Made by a program: the position numbers and the translations under genes. From NCBI GenBank assembly GCA_003484955.1, contig DMZH01000003.1, positions 112,387 through 176,386 of the forward strand: a stretch of 64,000 nt of DNA. The letters run 5' to 3'. Shown piece by piece: positions 9,614 to 19,340 of this stretch. Origin of the DNA: Candidatus Woesebacteria bacterium. GTDB taxonomy: Bacteria > Patescibacteriota > Microgenomatia > UBA8517. Positions within the stretch are counted from its first letter, which is position 1; each line of letters opens with the position of its first letter. The notes beneath the pieces were generated by a model that was given only the letters and a program-made list of their open reading frames with translations, ran no database searches and had not been told where the DNA came from.

Positions 9614-10010
9614 CTCAGGGTGATTATATATCTTATAGATTTTGTATAAAAATTGCTTTGCCTCATTTTTACCGCAGTCTATTATATCTTATATTTAATT
9701 GCAAATTATTACTTGTCAAATACTAATTACATCAAATACTACAGGAAATATTCTAAACAATTATTCTTTTCTTTTTACTTGGAATTGTGTATATTTTTTG
9801 TTCAATTTTCGATATTCAATTTCTGTCAGTTATCCTCAATCGACTAACATTTTATTTGATCTAGGTATAATCTTATTATAAGTCTTAACTATTGAAAATT
9901 TCACTATTGGAATTTCATTAAAAATTAGTTATTAGAAATTAGAAATTTTAAGTCTTATAATACAAAATATTCCCTATTTCTCCCTATACCCTATAACTAG
10001 GTACCTGTCA

Positions 10011-11018
10011 TCACCCTTTTGTTGTAACACTTCTTTTCCAAAGCTCTATGTTTTCCAAAACAAGCCCCGTTCCCCTGACAACACAAAGGAGTGGTTCATC
10101 GGCAACATGCGCAGGAACACCGGTTTCTTCGGTCATCAGCTTATCAAATCCACGAAGAAGCGAGGTTCCCCCGCTCATAATGATGCCTTTATCGATAATA
10201 TCCGCGGCAAGTTCGGGCGGAGTATCCTCTAGAACCCCTTTTACGGCATTTATCACTTGCATTAAAATAGGCCTAATAGCCTCGGTAACCTCGTTTGAGG
10301 TAAGGATTATTGTTCTTGGAAGCCCAAAGACAAGATCTCGGCCTGAAATTTCCAGTTTTTCCACTTTCGGGGTGGTTACGGCTGAGCCTATTTTCAGTTT
10401 TATGTCTTCTGACGTTTGATCCCCGATAATTAAATTGTGCTTCTTTTTAAGATAGTTTTGGATTGCCTCATCGATTTTGTTGCCGGCAACGCGGGCCGAT
10501 TTATGAATAACAACCCCGCCAAGAGAGATAACCGCAGCCTCAGTTGAGCCTCCTCCGATATCTACAATCATATGTCCCGATGGTGCCGAGACGGGAATCT
10601 GAGCCCCAATCGCGGCAGCTAAAGGTTCATCTATAAGGTATGCATGCGATGCCCCGGCAGAGAGAGTGGCATCAAGAGCCGCACGGCGTTCTACTTGGGT
10701 ACATCCTGCAGGCACGCAAACCATGACATCGGGCTTAAAAAATTGAAATCTCCCCACAACTTTACCTATAAAATATCTGAGCATTGCCTCCGTTACCTGG
10801 TAGTCGGCAATCACCCCATCTCTCATGGGGCGGCTGGCAATAAGAGCTTCCGGAGTCCTTCCCAACATTTTTTTAGCTTCTTCTCCCACGGCTACTACTT
10901 TATTGTCGTCTGCAGAAATGGCTACAACTGTAGGTTCATTTACTACCAAACCCTCTCCGGCAACCCAAACAAGGGTATTGGCAGTTCCCAAGTCTATGGC
11001 AATATTTTTACGAAGCAT
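10011..11018 (-). CDS. mreB: Rod-shape-determining protein MreB (actin-like ATPase).
   Basis: IDLGTANTLVWV, the DIGGGSTE phosphate-2 motif and a full-length 335 aa. Confidence 0.92.
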   Translation of the reverse strand: MLRKNIAIDLGTANTLVWVAGEGLVVNEPTVVAISADDNKVVAVGEEAKKMLGRTPEALIASRPMRDGVIADYQVTEAMLRYFIGKVVGRFQFFKPDVMVCVPAGCTQVERRAALDATLSAGASHAYLIDEPLAAAIGAQIPVSAPSGHMIVDIGGGSTEAAVISLGGVVIHKSARVAGNKIDEAIQNYLKKKHNLIIGDQTSEDIKLKIGSAVTTPKVEKLEISGRDLVFGLPRTIILTSNEVTEAIRPILMQVINAVKGVLEDTPPELAADIIDKGIIMSGGTSLLRGFDKLMTEETGVPAHVADEPLLCVVRGTGLVLENIELWKRSVTTKG

Positions 11019-11093
11019 AAGTGAGTAGATTATAGCAGATTCAAGAAGGCTCTAAATTACAAGTAGTCTCGAATCCTGATATAATACACCTAC

Positions 11094-12296
11094 ATGACAA
11101 AAATAAGGGTTTTCTTTTTTATTGTCACTTTAATCATTGTCGGAAGCATTGGAATGTTTGCGACATATTACGCCAGAGGCTACAGATTTGATTTTAAGGC
11201 GCTTAAATTCCAACCGAATGGTATTCTTGTTCTGAAATCCGAGCCTGATGGCGCTTCCGTGTATATTAATGGTGAGCTCAAAACCGCCACCAATGCTAAT
11301 CTCTCAATTGCCCCGGGAACTTATGATGTCGAAGTCAAAAAAGATGGTTATTTTGGCTGGTATAAGAGGCTGACAATTGAAAAAGAGATCGTAACACAGG
11401 CTTCAATTTCACTTTTTAAAAATGTCCCCTCACTCTCGCCCGTCACTTCATCGGGAGCCATCAATACAATTATTTCTGAGGACGGATCAAAAATTGTTTA
11501 CAGCGTTCTGCCATCAAAAAATTTAAGTGATGATAAAGTCGGCCTTTGGGCACTTGATACTTTTAGTTTGCCTCTTGGTTTTGATACCGGACCAAAAAGG
11601 ATAGCTGACGGAGACATGACTGACGCAACTTATGTCTTTTCCCCCAATGGCAGACAGTTACTTTTAACAGTATCAAACGGTATATTTCTAATAGATACAG
11701 GATCATTTACATCCCAAAATCAAAGAGTAAATGTCGCTGTTCGTAAAAACGAGATTCTTACCGGATGGAGCACGGAAAAAGAAAACACCAACCAAAGTAT
11801 TATTAAAAATCTACCACTGGGCCTTATTGACATTCTTTCCAGGAAATCATCGGTTTTTATTTTTTCACCTGACGACAATATGATTCTGTACTCCGCAAGC
11901 TCCTCGGCCATACTGGCAAGCAATTTAATCAAACCCCTACCCGGAGCCTCAACTCAAACTCAGGAAAGAAACATAGAACCCGGCCGCACCTATGTTTATG
12001 ATATAAAAGAAGACCGCAACTTTCTAATAACGGATCAGCCTGTTACGATCAATAACAATGACAAAACCCAAATTCCGGCCTTAAGGTGGATGTCCACCAG
12101 CAAACATTTGCTCTGGGGAGGACAAGGCCAGGTTGTCATTATGGATTACGACGGAATGAATAGGCAAACTGTTTATTCAGGATCATATACCATGCCATCA
12201 ATTTTTCCTTTTTCAAACACGACAAAACTTTTAATCCTTACAAACCTAGGATCACCGGATTCAGCGGCAAATCTTTATACCCTGACAGTAAAATAA
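11094..12296 (+). CDS. PEGA-domain membrane-anchored protein with a C-terminal beta-rich domain.
   Basis: N-terminal TM, then the PEGA motif (PDGASVYINGELKTATNANLSIAPGTYDVEVKKDGY). Confidence 0.6.
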   Translation: MTKIRVFFFIVTLIIVGSIGMFATYYARGYRFDFKALKFQPNGILVLKSEPDGASVYINGELKTATNANLSIAPGTYDVEVKKDGYFGWYKRLTIEKEIVTQASISLFKNVPSLSPVTSSGAINTIISEDGSKIVYSVLPSKNLSDDKVGLWALDTFSLPLGFDTGPKRIADGDMTDATYVFSPNGRQLLLTVSNGIFLIDTGSFTSQNQRVNVAVRKNEILTGWSTEKENTNQSIIKNLPLGLIDILSRKSSVFIFSPDDNMILYSASSSAILASNLIKPLPGASTQTQERNIEPGRTYVYDIKEDRNFLITDQPVTINNNDKTQIPALRWMSTSKHLLWGGQGQVVIMDYDGMNRQTVYSGSYTMPSIFPFSNTTKLLILTNLGSPDSAANLYTLTVK

Positions 12297-12403
12297 CTGA
12301 CATCGTAAATACGTCCCATGCCGTATAAGAATCAAAAAAGGAGGTAATATGTTAAAATACCTCCAGGCAATAAATAATAGAGTTACGGAGCTTTACTCAA
12401 GAA

Positions 12404-12475
12404 GTCCTCATAGTTCAACGGATAGAACGGAGGTTTCCTAAACCTTAAATCCAGGTTCGATTCCTGGTGGGGACA
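12404..12475 (+). tRNA. tRNA-Arg (anticodon CCT).
   Basis: Manual fold. Acceptor GTCCTCA/TGGGGAC with one G-U pair, D-arm GTTC...GAAC, anticodon stem GAGGT/ACCTT with loop TTCCTAA, T-arm CCAGG-TTCGATT-CCTGG, discriminator A. Confidence 0.8.
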
Positions 12476-12486
12476 CAAAAAATTTA

Positions 12487-12561
12487 CGGAGTGTAGGTCA
12501 TCGGTAGACCGCCGCGTTCGGGTCGCGGAAGCAGACGGTTCAATTCCGTCCACTCCGACCA
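12487..12561 (+). tRNA. tRNA-Pro (anticodon CGG) with encoded CCA.
   Basis: Manual fold. Acceptor CGGAGTG/CACTCCG, D-arm GGTC-ATCGGTA-GACC, anticodon stem CCGCG/CGCGG with loop TTCGGGT, T-arm GACGG-TTCAATT-CCGTC, then ACCA. Confidence 0.8.
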
Positions 12562-12570
12562 AAGTCAGGT

Positions 12571-13032
12571 TTACAATTCTTCCTTGGAGTAAATCAGGAA
12601 ATCGGTTGCGCTGTCGTATTCAAAGATTTCATCACCGTTAAAGATTAAGCCTAATTCTTTCTCTGCAGACTCAGGTGAATCTGAAGCGTGAATTATATTT
12701 TGTGAACCGCTCATACCAAAGTCTCCCCTGACTGATCCGGCCTCAGCTTCTCTTGCTTTAGTAATACCAACAATTTTCCTGACGGCGGCAATTGCTTCAA
12801 TCCCCTCCCAGACCATGGCAACAACCGGAGTCCACTCCATAAAGCTTTTGAGTGTGGCAAAAAAAGGTTTATCCTTGTGGTGAGCATACCAATTATCCAA
12901 TATTTCATCCGTCAATCTGATCATCTTAATTCCCACCAGTTTCATGCCCTTTCTCTCGAAACGATGCATAATTTCCCCTACCAGTCCCCTTTGAAGCCCA
13001 TCCGGTTTAATAAGTACTACCGTTCTTTCCAT
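12571..13032 (-). CDS. ndk: Nucleoside diphosphate kinase.
   Basis: MERTVVLIKPDG...NIIHASDSPESAEKE is the NDK signature. Size is 153 aa. Confidence 0.9.
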   Translation of the reverse strand: MERTVVLIKPDGLQRGLVGEIMHRFERKGMKLVGIKMIRLTDEILDNWYAHHKDKPFFATLKSFMEWTPVVAMVWEGIEAIAAVRKIVGITKAREAEAGSVRGDFGMSGSQNIIHASDSPESAEKELGLIFNGDEIFEYDSATDFLIYSKEEL

Positions 13033-13033
13033 A

Positions 13034-14308
13034 TTATTTGATCAATTGTACAAATTTTTCTTTGTCTTTAAAAGGTCCAATTATGGCCAAATTGAGGCGT
13101 TTAGGAACAAAAAGTTTTTTGGCTTCAGAGTTAATATCGGCAATGGTGACTTCATCAACTTTTTTGTAAATTTCCTCCGGTGTGAGGCACTTACCCAAGA
13201 AAAGTTCCTGGTCACCAAAAAATCCGCTGACATCTCTCGTATCCTCAAGAGCCAAAGCCAGATTGCCTTTTAGAAAACCCTTAGCTTTGACCAATTCCTC
13301 TTTTGTGACCGGATAAATACCTTGCGCAAGACCATAACACTGATCTAAAATTACCTTAACGGCTTCGTCGGTTTTTTCTACATTCACTCCTGCATATGTA
13401 CTCATATAACCAATCTCTTGATACCTCTCAAAACCGGTTCTGACCGAATAAGCCAAACCGCGCCTCTCACGGACCTCAATAAAAAGTCTGGAGCTCATTC
13501 CCCCGCCCAAGATCACCGATAGAAGGCTTTGTGCAAATCTCTGTTTGTAATCCCTCCCCTCACCTATAAAACCCAGGATTAGGTGAGCCTGTTCGCTTTT
13601 TTTAGTTTGGAGTTTGAACCGGGGTTTTGTCTGTCCCGATCTATAGAATTTGGTTTTGAATTTTGATTTTTGTGATTTGAAATTTCCAAAATACTTTTCG
13701 ACAAGTTTTAAGACACTCTTTTCCTCAATTCCTCCGGCAACAGTTACTAGCATATTTTCGGGATAATAATGAACTTTACGGTAATTTAAAAAGTCCGATC
13801 TTTCAATTCCGCGAACGGATTTTTCGGTCCCAGCAGTATCCCTGCCCAAAGGATTTCCTTCAAAAACCAATTCCTCAAAGACATCTCCTATATGCATCAT
13901 CGGAGTATCCTCATACATTTTGATTTCCTGAACAATTGTGCCTTTTTCCCTCTCAATTTCTTCAGATTTAATAAGCGGGTTTAAAACCATGTCGGATAAT
14001 ACATCCATTGCGGTTTCGAGATTGGCCTTACCGGCTTTGATATAAAAATTTGTCCAATCTTTACTGGTTGCCGCATTAAATTCTCCTCCAATAGCATCAA
14101 CCGCTTGAGAAATATCTCGGGCACTGGGACGCTTGACACTGCCTTTGAAAACCATATGTTCCATAAAATGACTTAATCCGCTGGTTTTCGCATCCTCGTT
14201 GCGGCTTCCTGTTTTAACCCAGATTGCAACGGTTACCGATTCAAGACTTGGCATGGGCACAGTCAGAATCCTGAGACCGGAGTTTAATTTATGAAGTGTA
14301 TAGTCCAT
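13034..14308 (-). CDS. M16-family zinc metallopeptidase (insulinase/pitrilysin-like).
   Basis: Inverted zinc motif HFMEHMVFKGS (HxxEH). Size is 424 aa. Confidence 0.8.
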   Translation of the reverse strand: MDYTLHKLNSGLRILTVPMPSLESVTVAIWVKTGSRNEDAKTSGLSHFMEHMVFKGSVKRPSARDISQAVDAIGGEFNAATSKDWTNFYIKAGKANLETAMDVLSDMVLNPLIKSEEIEREKGTIVQEIKMYEDTPMMHIGDVFEELVFEGNPLGRDTAGTEKSVRGIERSDFLNYRKVHYYPENMLVTVAGGIEEKSVLKLVEKYFGNFKSQKSKFKTKFYRSGQTKPRFKLQTKKSEQAHLILGFIGEGRDYKQRFAQSLLSVILGGGMSSRLFIEVRERRGLAYSVRTGFERYQEIGYMSTYAGVNVEKTDEAVKVILDQCYGLAQGIYPVTKEELVKAKGFLKGNLALALEDTRDVSGFFGDQELFLGKCLTPEEIYKKVDEVTIADINSEAKKLFVPKRLNLAIIGPFKDKEKFVQLIK

Positions 14309-14393
14309 CTGTGACTCAAAGATTGTAATTCAGTTTTAAATAATCTTCAATACCCGACTCGCGGTTTTCTTGTATTTATTATAGAATAAATTA

Positions 14394-14948
14394 ATGCCGT
14401 TAAATCACATAAAAAGATCCCGCCATATAATAAGAAGTTTTGAGGCCCAGGAACTCAAAAAGAGGCCATTTATTGTAAAGGTTGTGGATGCACTTACAAC
14501 AAGCTTCGGTACGATTGCTTTTCTCCTGGGCAACCTCATCATCTACGGGTTTTGGATTTTGGCTAATACAGGGAAAATTCCCGGTATTCCAATAATCGAT
14601 CCTTACCCCTACTCTTTTATGAATTCATTTGTCTCCATTGAGGCCATTTTTCTTTCGATAATAGTACTTATGAGTCAAAACAGGGAGAATCAAAGAGATA
14701 CTCTGAGAAGTGAGCTTGGGCTTCAAGTCGAGCTTATATCCGAGAAAGAAATTACCAAGATACTGGATCTTCTCAGAGAAATCCTTGAAAATCAAAAGAA
14801 TCACAAGCATGATTCGGAGTTGGAAGAAATGACCGAAGAGTTGGACGCTGGCTATATTGAAAGAAAGCTCATCGAACAGCTGGAAAACTCGGAAGGACAA
14901 CCGATTGTAGAACTGAAAGAGAAAATCAAAGAAAGGATAATTAAATAA
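14394..14948 (+). CDS. DUF1003-like membrane protein.
   Basis: Two TM helices and a C-terminal charged coiled-coil tail. The pattern YPYSFMNSFVSIEAIFLSIIVLMSQNR resembles DUF1003 family proteins. This is from recollection. Confidence 0.45.
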   Translation: MPLNHIKRSRHIIRSFEAQELKKRPFIVKVVDALTTSFGTIAFLLGNLIIYGFWILANTGKIPGIPIIDPYPYSFMNSFVSIEAIFLSIIVLMSQNRENQRDTLRSELGLQVELISEKEITKILDLLREILENQKNHKHDSELEEMTEELDAGYIERKLIEQLENSEGQPIVELKEKIKERIIK

Positions 14949-14950
14949 GT

Positions 14951-16621
14951 CTACATTCTCTCCGGAGATGTAATTCCAAGAAGCTTCAGTCCGTTCTTCA
15001 GAACCTGGCCAACCCCAAAAGTTAACGCAAGCCTAAAATCTTCGTTTTCCCCACCGATAATTTTGTCCTTGTTATAAAAGCCGTTATATTTCGAGGCCAG
15101 ATCATAAATATAATTACAAATAAGGTTCGGCGCAAAAGACTCTGCAGCCTTTTCAACGGTTTCCGGAAACTTAATCAGAGTTCTCAAAATTGAAGTCTCT
15201 TCACTATCTAAATTACTATAATCGGCCTCCAAGGATAGTCCTTTAAAGTTGGCTTTTGCAAGAACACTGTTGCAACGCGCTACCGTATATTGGAGATAGG
15301 GACCACTGTTACCCTCCAGATTCATCATCTTTTCCCAGTCAAATACAACATTGCTTGTAACAGAATGCATTAAATCAAAATACTTAATTGCACCAATCCC
15401 CACATCTTTTGCCGTACCCTTATTGTTTCCAAGTTTTTCGGCTCTTTCGATAGCCTCACTAAGAACATCCTCCAATTTGATGGTTTTTCCCTTTCTTGTA
15501 GAAAACTTCTTACCATCGGGTGCCAGATAAAGCCCATGGGCGGTGTGTGCTAATTTTACAGAATCTTTAACTAGCCCTAAAAGCTTGGCTGCAGCAAAAA
15601 TTTGTTGGAAATACAGGCTTTGTTCGGCACCAACCTCATACACCATAACCGACGGGTCCCATTTTCTCACCCTGAATTTTATAGTTGCCAAATCACGAGT
15701 AGCGTAAGTTGTTGCCCCATCGCTTTTCAGAAACATTAAAGGTGTTTTTATACCTTCTTTTGACAAATCTATTACCAATGCCCCCTCATCTCCCTTGATA
15801 ACATACTTTTTTATATCTGAATCGTTTAACATTTGCTTCATTTCACTTTCATAATAAGATTCACCGAAAGCAAAATCCGTTTTTATTCCAAGCGTTTCAT
15901 AAATCCTGTCAAATTCAGCTATAGAAACATCTACGCATTTTTGCCAAATCTTTTTTGCCTCGGGATCCCCTTGTTCAAGCTTTTTAAAGCACTCTCTGGC
16001 TTTTTCTTCCAAATCGGGATCTTTCTCTGCCATCTTGTGGAATTCAACATAGAGTTTTTCCAAAGTTTCAATGGACAAATCGGCCGGTTTCTCGGTTTCA
16101 ATCATGTAGATGAGCTTTCCAAACTGCGTTCCCCAATCACCCAAGTGGTTATCCCCCACGACTTCATAACCCAAAGCTTTATAAAGGTTGTAAAGCGCTT
16201 GTCCAATTATGGTCGAGCGAAGATGCCCGATACCGAATGGTTTGGCAATATTTGGGGATGAATAATCAACTATTACAGTTTTTCCTTTACCAATGTTTGA
16301 TTTACCAAAATCAGATTTTGCTATATCAATTTGTTTCAAAGTATTAATTAATATATCTTTTTTCAGCCAAAAGTTTATAAATCCAGGGCCGGCTATTTCA
16401 ATTTTTTCAATAATTTCTGAGAGATCTTTATTTTTTTGAAGTTTAGACAGAATTTCTTCTGCCAGTTTTCTGGGGCTTTCTTCTTTTTCTTTTGCTAATA
16501 CCAAAGCAGAGTTTGTGGAGTAATCTCCGAAGGCTTCATTTTCCGGAGACTCGATATCAACTTCCTCGAGTCCGGTAACTTCATGTAAAGTTTTTAAAAT
16601 TCGATCCTTTATATCGGCCAT
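14951..16621 (-). CDS. argS: Arginyl-tRNA synthetase.
   Basis: 556 aa class-I aaRS with P(F)GIGHLRS (HIGH-type) and an ArgS C-terminal anticodon-binding region. It ends 2 bp from the neighbouring gene. Confidence 0.85.
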   Translation of the reverse strand: MADIKDRILKTLHEVTGLEEVDIESPENEAFGDYSTNSALVLAKEKEESPRKLAEEILSKLQKNKDLSEIIEKIEIAGPGFINFWLKKDILINTLKQIDIAKSDFGKSNIGKGKTVIVDYSSPNIAKPFGIGHLRSTIIGQALYNLYKALGYEVVGDNHLGDWGTQFGKLIYMIETEKPADLSIETLEKLYVEFHKMAEKDPDLEEKARECFKKLEQGDPEAKKIWQKCVDVSIAEFDRIYETLGIKTDFAFGESYYESEMKQMLNDSDIKKYVIKGDEGALVIDLSKEGIKTPLMFLKSDGATTYATRDLATIKFRVRKWDPSVMVYEVGAEQSLYFQQIFAAAKLLGLVKDSVKLAHTAHGLYLAPDGKKFSTRKGKTIKLEDVLSEAIERAEKLGNNKGTAKDVGIGAIKYFDLMHSVTSNVVFDWEKMMNLEGNSGPYLQYTVARCNSVLAKANFKGLSLEADYSNLDSEETSILRTLIKFPETVEKAAESFAPNLICNYIYDLASKYNGFYNKDKIIGGENEDFRLALTFGVGQVLKNGLKLLGITSPERM

Positions 16622-16693
16622 AGTTTATTTTAACAGTATTTTCCCAAACTTGTTAAATTAAAATATAATTTAAAAGTATAACTGGCCTGAAAT

Positions 16694-17572
16694 TTACTCC
16701 ACCCAATACTTATCTCCGTCTGTTACTATTTCAATATCCCCCATTTGGTCGGTCTTTAAAATTTTAACATTATATTTAGCCAACATCTCCAAAATCTCGG
16801 GTCTGGGAAATCCCCATGGATTTTTACCCAGCGAGATTACCGCAACTTTAGGCATAACCACCTTGAGGAGATTCTCTGTAAGCCCATTGACGCTACCATG
16901 ATGAGGTATTTTGATGTAGTTAACGGTTCCTATACCTGGGTCTCCTGCCAACCTGTCGGAAACTTCAGGAGGCATATCCCCCGAGAATAGCCCGGTAAAA
17001 TTTTTGAAGCTAAGTTTATAAACAACCGAGTATAAATTCGTTTCCTTTTCGATGCTGTATTTGGCAAGTTTATCATTATCATTCTCAATAGTCAGCTGAC
17101 TCAATAATATATCTGTTGGGTTAAAGATATCTAAATGTATCAAACCAATACCTAGTTCCATGCCTGCAACGGGATTCACGACAGGTATACTCCTACCCCC
17201 CACCTCCTTTTTTAGCGCTTTATATACTTGAGTGCCAGGATTGATTGGATTTATGAGTATTTCATCTACATCATAATTTTGAAGTACATCGACAAGTCCG
17301 GTTGAGTGATCGGAGTCGGGATGGCTCGAAATAACCAATTCAATTTCCCTATCCCAAAATGGCATATACCGTCCAAGGCAAGTCATGACACTTTTATCAG
17401 GTCCGCCATCATTCAATATCTGCGTTTCGCCATAAGTAATTAAAATTGCATCCCCTTGTCCCACATTGCAGGCGATTATGTGCAGGTTTCTGTCCGGACT
17501 TTGAATTATGGCAAGGACAATACCCGTTAAAATCAAAAGCAGAATGGTAAATGTGTACTTCCAAAGCTTCAT
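16694..17572 (-). CDS. ComEC/Rec2-related metallo-beta-lactamase-fold protein with its own N-terminal TM.
   Basis: ILITYGETQILNDGGPDKS...SSHPDSDHSTG is an MBL motif (HxHxDH variant). The start MKLWKY lies 1 nt after the upstream gene's stop. Confidence 0.7.
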   Translation of the reverse strand: MKLWKYTFTILLLILTGIVLAIIQSPDRNLHIIACNVGQGDAILITYGETQILNDGGPDKSVMTCLGRYMPFWDREIELVISSHPDSDHSTGLVDVLQNYDVDEILINPINPGTQVYKALKKEVGGRSIPVVNPVAGMELGIGLIHLDIFNPTDILLSQLTIENDNDKLAKYSIEKETNLYSVVYKLSFKNFTGLFSGDMPPEVSDRLAGDPGIGTVNYIKIPHHGSVNGLTENLLKVVMPKVAVISLGKNPWGFPRPEILEMLAKYNVKILKTDQMGDIEIVTDGDKYWVE

Positions 17573-17573
17573 A

Positions 17574-18629
17574 TCAGAAAATCTCAACTATTTTGGCAAA
17601 CCACCAAGTCAGAGGATAGCATACATATAGTATTAGTTTACCGAGGGCCGGCAAAACGAGTCCCAACATTCCCCCTAAAACACCAAAAATCATAATATAT
17701 GGCACCGTCCAAAGAACAAGCGCATTAATTATTGGCGAAAGTATGTTAAATTGTCCAAAAGTAACAAAAAGTATCGGCGCAACCCCGATTTGAGCCGCAA
17801 ATGAGGTTGAAAAGCCTTCCTTCAATACTTTAGGTATAAATTTTAGCCGTTTGGCAATCCTTTTTTCAAAAACCATGATTGAAGCGGTGGAAACAAAAGA
17901 CAAAATGAAGCCGATGTCCCCTATCCAGGAAGGTTCCACTGCAAGCATAATACCTGCGGCAAAAAACAGGTTTCTCCAAGCACTAAGAAGTCTGCCGGAG
18001 CTTTCTGCCCAAAAAGCCAAGAAGGCCATGATTGCTGCCCTTATTAAAGGTGCTTCAAAACCTGAAAGAAACAGATACAAAATAATACTTAATATAACAA
18101 TAGGTTTCGCCTTTTTTCTGGACAGGAAAATATTTGTTACTCCGAAAATAAACGAAATAACAAAAGTAACATTAGTTCCCGATGCAACAATTACATGAGC
18201 AACCCCCGTACTTTTTACTTTGTTCCAAAAATCGCCGGTCAGGGTTCCTTTACTTCCCAAAGTTATACCGGCAACAAGCCCCGACATTGGTTGGGGTAAA
18301 ACTTTTTGGTAAAAATCGATAATCTTAGCTCTTACCCGAGATCCAAACCCCACAAAAGAATTAACCGAAAGCAGTTTTGCATTTTTTAGTTTTCCGCCGT
18401 CAACTGTTCCTTCAACCACAACTATACTTCCGTAATACACCTCGGGGAAATTTGGTAAGGAAACTTTTAATCCCGCAACGGTAAAAGTTTGATAATTGCC
18501 GTAAACCAAGGGATCCGAAAAGACTGTTGCTGTTATCCGAATGGTATCACCATTTTTATAAGCCGGACGGGTCGTAAAGTAACGGAAAATTATTAGTAAA
18601 ATCAATAAAAGCCAAACAAAGTACTTCAT
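17574..18629 (-). CDS. comEC: ComEC/Rec2 competence channel, membrane portion (DUF4131 plus competence domain).
   Basis: N-terminal TM and OB-like region followed by a polytopic 'Competence' membrane domain. The MBL part is in the adjacent, separate ORF. Confidence 0.7.
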   Translation of the reverse strand: MKYFVWLLLILLIIFRYFTTRPAYKNGDTIRITATVFSDPLVYGNYQTFTVAGLKVSLPNFPEVYYGSIVVVEGTVDGGKLKNAKLLSVNSFVGFGSRVRAKIIDFYQKVLPQPMSGLVAGITLGSKGTLTGDFWNKVKSTGVAHVIVASGTNVTFVISFIFGVTNIFLSRKKAKPIVILSIILYLFLSGFEAPLIRAAIMAFLAFWAESSGRLLSAWRNLFFAAGIMLAVEPSWIGDIGFILSFVSTASIMVFEKRIAKRLKFIPKVLKEGFSTSFAAQIGVAPILFVTFGQFNILSPIINALVLWTVPYIMIFGVLGGMLGLVLPALGKLILYVCYPLTWWFAKIVEIF

Positions 18630-18681
18630 GAATTACTAATATGAGCATTGGTTATTCATTAGATAATTTTAAAATTAGAAA

Positions 18682-19323
18682 TTAATAGACCGTTATGTTG
18701 TTTTTAATCTTTTCGTATAATGTTTGGGTGATTGCCCCACTAGTTACCAGATCTTCCGGTTTTGAGTACGGACGGTGTTCAGTAATCTTTTGGGCGTAAG
18801 TAGGGCCAATTCCGGGCAACGAATCAAGGTCTTGAAGGGTCGCTGTATTGATGTTTACTAATGCATTACTATCGGTTGAAAAACTTGATGATACACTTTG
18901 ATCCCCTACTGTGGTTTTAGCACTTAAGACATTTGAGTGCTCACTAACCGACGGTATATAAATCTTTTGTCCATCAGTGAGTTTTGCTGCCCTGTTTAAA
19001 TATTTGTCTGCCCAAACCCTATCGGCATCAACAGAAAAACCGCCGGAGGCAATTAATAAATCGTCTATCCGACTTCCAGGAGAAAGTTTATAAACTCCGG
19101 GAATTATCACCTCCCCTGAAATTTCCGCGGTAATTTCAGATGTTGCTCCCCCCTCCGAAGAAGTCTGTAAAATTTCCACTTTTGTTGATGAAAAATTCAA
19201 TGATTTTTTAAAAAATAAAAAGCCGGCACTAATCAAAATAATTCCTATCAGAGCAATTAATAGGTGATAGCGATATTTTAGAAGAAACCCGTCAAAATAA
19301 AACTTTTGGGGCAAGTTCTCCAT
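18682..19323 (-). CDS. comEA: Competence protein ComEA (membrane-anchored helix-hairpin-helix DNA-binding protein).
   Basis: N-terminal TM, an SLBB-like region and a C-terminal HhH (NINTATLQDLDSLPGIGPTYAQKITEHR). Confidence 0.85.
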   Translation of the reverse strand: MENLPQKFYFDGFLLKYRYHLLIALIGIILISAGFLFFKKSLNFSSTKVEILQTSSEGGATSEITAEISGEVIIPGVYKLSPGSRIDDLLIASGGFSVDADRVWADKYLNRAAKLTDGQKIYIPSVSEHSNVLSAKTTVGDQSVSSSFSTDSNALVNINTATLQDLDSLPGIGPTYAQKITEHRPYSKPEDLVTSGAITQTLYEKIKNNITVY

Positions 19324-19340
19324 TTTTTATAAAGTAGTTA

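Noticed and set aside
9620-10010. ORFs 9653..9847 and 9699..9881 in the 390-bp AT-rich spacer.
   Set aside because: Low-complexity I/L/F/Y/N-rich translations of AT-rich intergenic DNA. The region is more likely promoter/terminator sequence between mreB and the WecG-like gene.
12342-12368. Hairpin GGAGGTA...TACCTCC as a rho-independent terminator for the PEGA gene.
   Set aside because: No U-rich tract follows the stem.
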